A stretch of 19,387 nt of DNA from Myxococcales bacterium (GTDB taxonomy: Bacteria; Myxococcota_A; UBA9042; JABWCM01; BTVJ01), in NCBI GenBank assembly GCA_045863395.1, contig BTVJ01000121.1, positions 1-19,387 on the forward strand, written 5' to 3'. Under the pieces are notes generated by a model. It saw only the letters and a program-made list of their open reading frames with translations, did no database searches and had not been told where the DNA came from. This document shows, one piece after another, positions 1 to 6,218 of this stretch. How positions within the stretch are numbered: position 1 is the stretch's first letter; each line of letters starts with the position of its first letter. Both the position numbers and the translations under genes were made by a program.

Positions 1-57
<57 letters not shown>

Positions 58-71
58 GGCGCTTTTGGACA

Positions 72-2204
72 GTGCCGGTGCTCGCGGCGCTGCTGATGTT
101 CTGGAGCTGTGACACAACGCCAACCACGCAAGAGGCGGGGACAGGAGAGCTGGCGTCTACCGGCGCACCTCCCGCCGTTCCGGAGCCAGGGCGGCTTGCC
201 GGGGCGCTCTCCACGACCGCCGAGGTTATGGGCCTGCTGAGCGACGGCGTCGGGGTTGGGGAACCGGCAGCCATCATGGCGGAGGCGACGGAGGTGCCCT
301 GGATCATGCCCGAGCTGCTCTCCTCTGGTGACGATGAGGAGCCCGACCCAGGCGCCAAGCTTCCGGGCGTGACCAGCCCGGAGGACCAGGTGCTGAAGGC
401 CGTCGCCGGCCTTGTGCCGACCACGCCGGTCCGCATCGCAGTGAAGCTGCCGGAAGTTCAGCCCAAGGCCGGGTCGCTGGCCGCGCTCGACGACGAGGCG
501 CGGCTCCTCTGGGTCGAGGCTCGCAAGGAGGAGCTGAAGCCGTCGCAGCAGCCTGTGTTGGAGCAGCTCCTGGCCCTCGGGGCTACGGATGTGAGGTCGC
601 ACTGGCTCGTGAACACCATCATGGCCACCCTTCCCGCGGGCGCAGTTCCGGAAGTCGCAAAGATCCCCGGCGTCACGCTCGCGCTCGACAGCGCGGCGGG
701 GGGTAGTGGGGTGGCGTACTCGGGCCGGGAAGGTCGCGGCGCGATGCTGACGGACGAGCTCTTGAACCACGGCTACGATGGGGGGAGCGGTGGCCGCGGG
801 GGAGGTCGCACGCGCATCGGCATCATCGAGTACGGCGAAAACGACTTCTCCGGTGGCGGGACCAACTGGGTCCACTGGGACCACGTGGGGTGGCTGGACA
901 CCCCAGGGGGCGCCTCCCGGCTACTCCAGTATGACTGTCGCACGGGGACTTGCGCCATCTCACCGTTCCTGCCCACAGTCCCCACACATGGCACGGCCGT
1001 CACATGGGCTGCGGCCGGGAGCATCGAGGAGGGCCAGGATCCGGCCCACCCAGGGGCGGGCACGGCCGCCCAAATCATGCGGAGCGGTCAAGCCCGCGAG
1101 GCCTCCGTCAACTACTACCTCATCGACGACTGTTCCGACGTCGTGGCGGCCCTGGAGCGCGCCACCCTGGATGGAGTCGACGTGGCCAACCTCTCGATCT
1201 GGATGGGGCTCCACGGCTCGCCGGACTGTGACGACAACGCCAGAACCTACGACTGCGGCGGCATCAATGGCGCGATCGCTGCCGCAAGGACCAACGGCAT
1301 GCTGGTCCTCGCGTGCTCGGGCAACGAGCCTGAGCCGGGGCCGGGGTGCAACATGTGGTATCCCGGCTGGCGCACCGACACCTTGGCGGTCTCGGGCCTG
1401 CTCACCGATCCAGCGGCCGTGGATTACAACGCATCGTCACTCTCAGACGACGCGCCCGCCGGCTTCGTGCCCGTGGCACTCTGGAACACGGGAGCCGTCC
1501 ACCGATTCGCCGGCATCGATCTCTGTGCGCCTGGTCACTGGAGCTACAACTTCATGATCGGGCCGAGCGGCTACAACACGCAGGGAGTCATCAACGGGTG
1601 TTCGTTCGCTACGCCGGCGGTTGCCGGCAGCGCTGCGCTCCTTCGGGACGTGTACCATGACCTGGGGTTTGCCTACACGGACGCAGGTCGCCTCTTCGTG
1701 TCCATGGTGATGCTCGGCGATGCCTGGTCGGGGGTCGGAGGGACCGACCTGAGCACCGGGCTCTCGTACTACTCAGGCTTCGGGCGGCTCCACATGCACT
1801 ACCCATCCGATGACAACCTGGTTGCGCCGTGGGAGTGGTTCGTCGGCTCGGCGGTCATAAATAGCGGTACGACGACCGTCTTCCAGGTGGGAGGGACGGC
1901 GGCGCCTGAGCCAGTCAGCCTCCAGCAGCTCAAGTGGGCCGTCGTGTGGTTCGAGCCCGACATGAACGCCGTGGCCGTCATCCGCACGGCGGTGGTGGAC
2001 ACCTGCGACCCAAGCGGTCGGGACGTGGTCATTGCTTCGGACTCCGACATCAACAGCCTGATGCGTCGCCGGATCCGGCTCGAGGGTCACCAGATCATGG
2101 GACGCTGTCTGGAGCTTCGCATCGCAGGGTCCAGCGTACCGCCCGCCGGCCGCAGGGTCTACACGGCGTGGTATACTCACTCCGGCAACCCGGCACAGCA
2201 CTGA
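72..2204 (+). CDS. S8 (subtilisin-like) serine peptidase, probable lipoprotein; start uncertain
   Basis: Hydrophobic leader ending FWSC; propeptide-like segment (VRSHWLVNTIMATLP...IPGV); RIGIIEYG at the Asp motif (Glu253); HGTAVTWAAAG (His306); ACSGNE (oxyanion Asn418); GCSFATPAVAGSAALL (Ser511). The frame stays open upstream of GTG72 into the GA tract. Confidence 0.85.
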   Translation: MPVLAALLMFWSCDTTPTTQEAGTGELASTGAPPAVPEPGRLAGALSTTAEVMGLLSDGVGVGEPAAIMAEATEVPWIMPELLSSGDDEEPDPGAKLPGVTSPEDQVLKAVAGLVPTTPVRIAVKLPEVQPKAGSLAALDDEARLLWVEARKEELKPSQQPVLEQLLALGATDVRSHWLVNTIMATLPAGAVPEVAKIPGVTLALDSAAGGSGVAYSGREGRGAMLTDELLNHGYDGGSGGRGGGRTRIGIIEYGENDFSGGGTNWVHWDHVGWLDTPGGASRLLQYDCRTGTCAISPFLPTVPTHGTAVTWAAAGSIEEGQDPAHPGAGTAAQIMRSGQAREASVNYYLIDDCSDVVAALERATLDGVDVANLSIWMGLHGSPDCDDNARTYDCGGINGAIAAARTNGMLVLACSGNEPEPGPGCNMWYPGWRTDTLAVSGLLTDPAAVDYNASSLSDDAPAGFVPVALWNTGAVHRFAGIDLCAPGHWSYNFMIGPSGYNTQGVINGCSFATPAVAGSAALLRDVYHDLGFAYTDAGRLFVSMVMLGDAWSGVGGTDLSTGLSYYSGFGRLHMHYPSDDNLVAPWEWFVGSAVINSGTTTVFQVGGTAAPEPVSLQQLKWAVVWFEPDMNAVAVIRTAVVDTCDPSGRDVVIASDSDINSLMRRRIRLEGHQIMGRCLELRIAGSSVPPAGRRVYTAWYTHSGNPAQH

Positions 2205-2214
2205 GGTGAGCACC

Positions 2215-2655
2215 ATGAAATGCCAAAGCCTGATACTGAGCCTGCTCGTTGCGACCACGGGCTGCGATGCGGCGTCGCCGGGAGCGGAGACCGCGAGTGA
2301 GAGTAAGGCTGGGTCCCAGACGACATCGGAGCTGGGTCCCCTGGAGTGCCCGCTCCTCCCCGACGAGACCTGCCCCGAGGGCTGTTGGCCGCTGAAGTTG
2401 CTCGGCGTCGATCCCGAGGCCGGGTGCCTCAGCAAGGACCCCAGCTTCAAGCGAATCCTGTGTAGCCACGCCGAGGGTGGTGGCGGCGCTGTCACTTGTG
2501 GTGTCTGGCTGGAGACAGGTTCGCTCCACAGCTTCCCGACGCTGGGATGGGCGGGCTTCCATGGTTGGGGACCGTGCACCCTCGAGCAGGAGGCGATGAC
2601 TCAGAAGCACTGCACGCCCACCGTCTACCCGCCCCTTGAGCCCGAGCCCGAGTAG
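2215..2655 (+). CDS. Small Cys-rich putative lipoprotein, hypothetical
   Basis: ATG2215 follows GAGGTG (2203-2208), which overlaps the peptidase stop. Leader MKCQSLILSLLVATTGC looks like a lipobox signal. Multiple Cys; Pro/Glu tail. Confidence 0.7.
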   Translation: MKCQSLILSLLVATTGCDAASPGAETASESKAGSQTTSELGPLECPLLPDETCPEGCWPLKLLGVDPEAGCLSKDPSFKRILCSHAEGGGGAVTCGVWLETGSLHSFPTLGWAGFHGWGPCTLEQEAMTQKHCTPTVYPPLEPEPE

Positions 2656-2673
2656 GCGCTCCCCCTTCCTGCG

Positions 2674-2710
2674 GCTTCGTCGGTGTCTTCACGCCGCGTC
2701 CGACGGGAGC
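2674..2710. terminator. Possible hairpin between convergent genes
   Basis: CGTCGG...CCGACG stem with imperfect extension between two facing stop codons. No U-tract. Confidence 0.25.
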
Positions 2711-4164
2711 TACGGCCGCGGCTCGATGCCGTACAGGCGGAGCTTGACGTATAGCTGCTTCCGGGAGATGCCGAGGACACGGGCGGCCATGGAGACGTTG
2801 CCCCGCGCCTCTTCCATGACCCGCGCGATGGTCTCGCGCTCCGCGCCGCGCAGCGTCTGGGGGCGCTCCACGTCCGGGAGCGCCTCGTCCTCGGCGAGGG
2901 GGGGGAGATCCTCGACGCGGATCAGGTCACCCCTGGCGAAGGCGCAGGCCGCGTGGACCACGTTCTCCAGCTCGCGGACGTTGCCGGGCCAGGAGTGGAG
3001 CGAGAGGCGGTCGAGGGCGGCGGTGCTCAGGGTCTTGCGGAGGCTCGCCCGCTCGAGGAAGTGGGCGACCAGCATGGGGACGTCGTCCGCGCGATCCCGG
3101 AGGGGTGGGACCCGCAGCACGAGGCGCGCGAGGCGGTAGTAGAGGTCCCGGCGGAAGCGTCCGGCGCGGACCTCGGCCTCCAGGGCCCGGTTCGTGCTGG
3201 CGACGACCCGGACGTCCACCGGGATCTCGCGGGTGTCGCCCACGGGGCGCACCGCGTGCTCCTGGATGAGCCGCAGTAGCTTCGCCTGCACGTCCGGTGG
3301 GATCTCGGTCACCTCGTCCAGGAAGAGGGTGCCGCCCGCCGCGGACCGGGCGAGGCCCGGCCGGTCGGTGTGGGCCCCGCTGAACGCGCCCTTGCGGTGC
3401 CCGAACAGCTCGCTCTCCACCAGCTCCCGGGCCATGGCCGCGCAGTTGACCGCGATGAAGCGCTCGGGCGGGTCGCCGCTCTCCGCATGGATCGCTCGGG
3501 CGATCAGCTCCTTCCCGGTGCCGGTCTCGCCGCAGATCAGCACCGTCTCCCGCCCTCGTGCGCACAGGGCGACGTGCTCGTAGAGCTCCTGCATGGGGCG
3601 GCTCGCGCCACGCAGCGCGTGGAACGACGACCGCCCCCGCGTCGTCGCCAGCTCCCGGGTCAGCGCGGCGCCCACCTCGCGCGCGGCCTCCACCTCTGCG
3701 TCGTAGTAGGCGTTGGCGAGGAGCATCACCCGCACGTGGCTCAGGCGGTCCAGCGACAGGTAGGCGTCGAGCACCTGGTCGCCGGACAGCCCCGCCGCCC
3801 GCAGCTCGTCGACACACGCCTGCTCGAACAGGTGCACCGACGCGACCACCTCGGCGAACGGCACCCCCGCCTGCTGGTGCCTCCGCCCCTCGGCGCACAG
3901 CCACGCGATCAGGTTCCCCTGGTCCAGGTGGTCGAGCAGCCCGCCCAGCTCCTCCGCGAAGCGCCGCTCGTCCTCCCGCGGGTCGGTCCCCTCCCAGGTC
4001 GCGGCGTGCGCGGTGGCCCACCGCCGCGCCACCGCGCCGATGTGCGGCCGCAGCAGCGCCCCCACCTCGACGACCCGCTCGAGCCCCTCCCCACGCAGCA
4101 GCACGAGCCCCGCCGAAGCGGCCGCCTCCCCGCGGATGACAGTGTGGGGGTCAAGTATACTCAT
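2710..4164 (-). CDS. Sigma54-dependent enhancer-binding transcriptional activator (N-terminal helical globin/RsbRD-N-like sensor, AAA+, Fis-type HTH); start uncertain
   Basis: Walker A GETGTGKE; ESELFGHRKGAFSGA (GAFTGA loop); Walker B GGTLFLDEV; RFRRDLYYRL; WPGNVRELEN; HTH GNVSMAARVLGISRKQLYVKL. No receiver domain. The ORF-track ATG lies inside a repeat copy. Confidence 0.93.
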   Translation of the reverse strand: MSILDPHTVIRGEAAASAGLVLLRGEGLERVVEVGALLRPHIGAVARRWATAHAATWEGTDPREDERRFAEELGGLLDHLDQGNLIAWLCAEGRRHQQAGVPFAEVVASVHLFEQACVDELRAAGLSGDQVLDAYLSLDRLSHVRVMLLANAYYDAEVEAAREVGAALTRELATTRGRSSFHALRGASRPMQELYEHVALCARGRETVLICGETGTGKELIARAIHAESGDPPERFIAVNCAAMARELVESELFGHRKGAFSGAHTDRPGLARSAAGGTLFLDEVTEIPPDVQAKLLRLIQEHAVRPVGDTREIPVDVRVVASTNRALEAEVRAGRFRRDLYYRLARLVLRVPPLRDRADDVPMLVAHFLERASLRKTLSTAALDRLSLHSWPGNVRELENVVHAACAFARGDLIRVEDLPPLAEDEALPDVERPQTLRGAERETIARVMEEARGNVSMAARVLGISRKQLYVKLRLYGIEPRP

Positions 4165-4174
4165 ATCTCATATC
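4146..4174 (-). repeat. REP-like repeat copy 1 (inverted relative to copies 2 and 3)
   Basis: GGGGGTCAAGTATACTCATATCTCATATC is the exact reverse complement of the 29-bp core of copies 2 and 3. The match extends to about 4180 with one inserted base. Confidence 0.9.
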
Positions 4175-4249
4175 GTCGCGTCCTGGTCGTCGCCACGCGG
4201 TCAGGCGGGAAGGCCCACACGTCTCGCATACGGGCTACTATACCCATCC

Positions 4250-4296
4250 GCTCGCGGCCGTCGCGAGATATGAGATATGAGTATACTTGACCCCCC
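4250..4296 (+). repeat. REP-like repeat copy 2 (47 bp)
   Basis: GCTCGCGGCCGTCGCGAGATATGAGATATGAGTATACTTGACCCCCC, identical to 4303-4349. Confidence 0.92.
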
Positions 4297-4302
4297 GCCA
4301 CT

Positions 4303-4349
4303 GCTCGCGGCCGTCGCGAGATATGAGATATGAGTATACTTGACCCCCC
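4303..4349 (+). repeat. REP-like repeat copy 3 (47 bp)
   Basis: Identical direct repeat of 4250-4296, separated from it by 6 bp (GCCACT). Confidence 0.92.
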
Positions 4350-4367
4350 ACGTTCTGCCCCCCCACT

Positions 4368-6041
4368 TCAAATCGCTGCGGTGACCTCGTCCGCAGCGCG
4401 GACCGCCGCCGCCACCGCGTTCTCGAAGGCGGGGAGGCCGTCCACGTCCGTGTTGGCGAAGTGGATCGCGCCTTGCGGGAGCTGCGCCCCGACCCGCGCC
4501 TCGCCGAAGACGAAGCCGCGCTCGGGGGCGAGCATGGCGTGGCCCCAGCGGTAGATGTCCACCGCGGTCACGGACTCGACGATGCCGGGGAGCACGCGCT
4601 CCAGGTCGCCGAGGATCGCGGCAACGTACTCGTCCATGGGCGTCGTCAGCATGGCCTTGCGGGCGCCGGACTCCAGGCGGGGGCAGTAGGCGGTCAGCAC
4701 GTTGGGGCGCCCCTCGCTGGCGTTTGCCGGATCCGTGTGAGCGGTCCAGTCGGCGACGATGATGTCGGTGAAGAAGGTGTCCCCGTAGAACCAGGTGTCG
4801 TAGCCCAGCTCCTTGGGGGTCCGCGTGACGTGGATCTGCGCCACGATGTAGGGGGTGTAGCGGAAGTGGGTCTGCTCGTCGCGGCCGGCGACCGCCGCCA
4901 GCTCCGGGACCAGGCGCCGCGCCGTGAAGCGGGGCGCCGCGAAGATGGCGCGGCGGGCCCGCACCGTCACGGGCTCCCCGTCGAGCAGGTACGTCACGTG
5001 GACCTCGCCGTCCACGTTGGCGATGCGCGTGACGAAGGCGCTGGTGCGGATGCGCTCGCTCCCGACCAGCTCCTCCAGCTTCTCCGCGATCCAGGCGTTG
5101 CCGCCGGGTTGCGTCAAGATCGGCAGGAACTCGGACCCGAGGAAGTTGATGGCCGCCCAGCAAGACAACCTGTCATGCGTCGTCCCGAACGCAGACCGCG
5201 CATAGGGGTCCCAGAACTCGCTCACCCGTGGGTCCCAGCCCTTGCTCGCCACCCACTCCGCCAGGGTCACCTCGTCCAGGGCGCGGATCTCCGGGTCCGT
5301 CGTCGAGGCGTCCGAGGGGGTGTCGAAGCCGGCTGCCCCGTCCGCCCCCTCGTAGTCGTAGAACTCCTTCATGGCGTCGCGAAAGGCCTTGAGCTCCTCG
5401 ACGACCTTCGGGGGCCTGGGCACCTTGTCCATGCCCTCCTCCCAGGCGTCCTCCACCCACGTCCCCTCCATCCACGCGTTGTTGGCCGGAGCCTTCGCCA
5501 GGAACTTCGGGTCCACGATGGGCTCGCCCTCGTCGTCGGTGCCCGTGATCGCCCCGAGGTCCGTGTAGAGCTCGATGAGCGAGTCGTTGTACGGGAAGAC
5601 CGTGTACGCCGTCGCCTGGGAGAACGAGTGCGGAGGTGCATCGTCCCTGCGCGACAGGCCGCCGGGCCTTGCCTCCTTCTCGAGGATCAGGAGGTCGTCG
5701 ACCCCGCTCTTCCGCAGGCGCCACCCGGCGACCAGCCCGCTGATGCCCCCGCCCACGATGACGCAGTCGAGGAGCGGTCCGTCCGGCTCCGGCGTCGCCC
5801 ATGTCTGGCCGTCGCGCAGGGCGTGGCACAGGTCCCACTTGTCGCCCCGGTCCGCCCCGGGCGGGATGACCAGCGGTGTGCCCCCACCGCTGTCCGCCGC
5901 ACCTGCGTCGGCCGCCTTGTCGCACCCGAACAGGAGGGAGCCCGCCCCGAGGCCCGCCGCCCCGATGAGCACCCCCTCGAGGAAGTCCCGCCTCGTGATC
6001 TCGCGCATCCTGCGCCGCACCCGGTCCTGCCCGTCCACCAT
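4368..6041 (-). CDS. Tat-exported FAD-dependent oxidoreductase (amine oxidase/protoporphyrinogen oxidase-like fold), probable lipoprotein
   Basis: Twin-arginine motif ITRRDFL, h-region and lipobox LLFGC; Rossmann motif DCVIVGGGISGLVA...LILEKEARPGG; C-terminal RWGHAM and GLPAFENA. Start is probably ATG6041 (GGAG upstream) or ATG6008, not 6185. Confidence 0.85.
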   Translation of the reverse strand: MVDGQDRVRRRMREITRRDFLEGVLIGAAGLGAGSLLFGCDKAADAGAADSGGGTPLVIPPGADRGDKWDLCHALRDGQTWATPEPDGPLLDCVIVGGGISGLVAGWRLRKSGVDDLLILEKEARPGGLSRRDDAPPHSFSQATAYTVFPYNDSLIELYTDLGAITGTDDEGEPIVDPKFLAKAPANNAWMEGTWVEDAWEEGMDKVPRPPKVVEELKAFRDAMKEFYDYEGADGAAGFDTPSDASTTDPEIRALDEVTLAEWVASKGWDPRVSEFWDPYARSAFGTTHDRLSCWAAINFLGSEFLPILTQPGGNAWIAEKLEELVGSERIRTSAFVTRIANVDGEVHVTYLLDGEPVTVRARRAIFAAPRFTARRLVPELAAVAGRDEQTHFRYTPYIVAQIHVTRTPKELGYDTWFYGDTFFTDIIVADWTAHTDPANASEGRPNVLTAYCPRLESGARKAMLTTPMDEYVAAILGDLERVLPGIVESVTAVDIYRWGHAMLAPERGFVFGEARVGAQLPQGAIHFANTDVDGLPAFENAVAAAVRAADEVTAAI

Positions 6042-6218
6042 GTCGCCGCTCCGCTGCACGCCGGCCCCTGCACCATCGGACATTGAGGGGGAGAAGCCGG
6101 ATTTTGCGGGACCATAGCGCATCGGCGGGCGCGGCGGAAGGAGCGATTGTGGTGGTTGGTGTATCCGCGTTGGGGGGAGGGTCACCCCCGGAGCGATCCA
6201 GGGACCGAGCAGCGGATC

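Noticed and set aside
950..1231. His-rich short ORF (HSPHTWHGRH) as an HxsA-like precursor
   Set aside because: It lies out of frame inside the peptidase gene, has no true His-Xaa-Ser repeats and is far from hxsB.
4250..4349. CRISPR array
   Set aside because: Only two direct copies, a 6-bp spacer, a third copy inverted, and no cas genes in the window.
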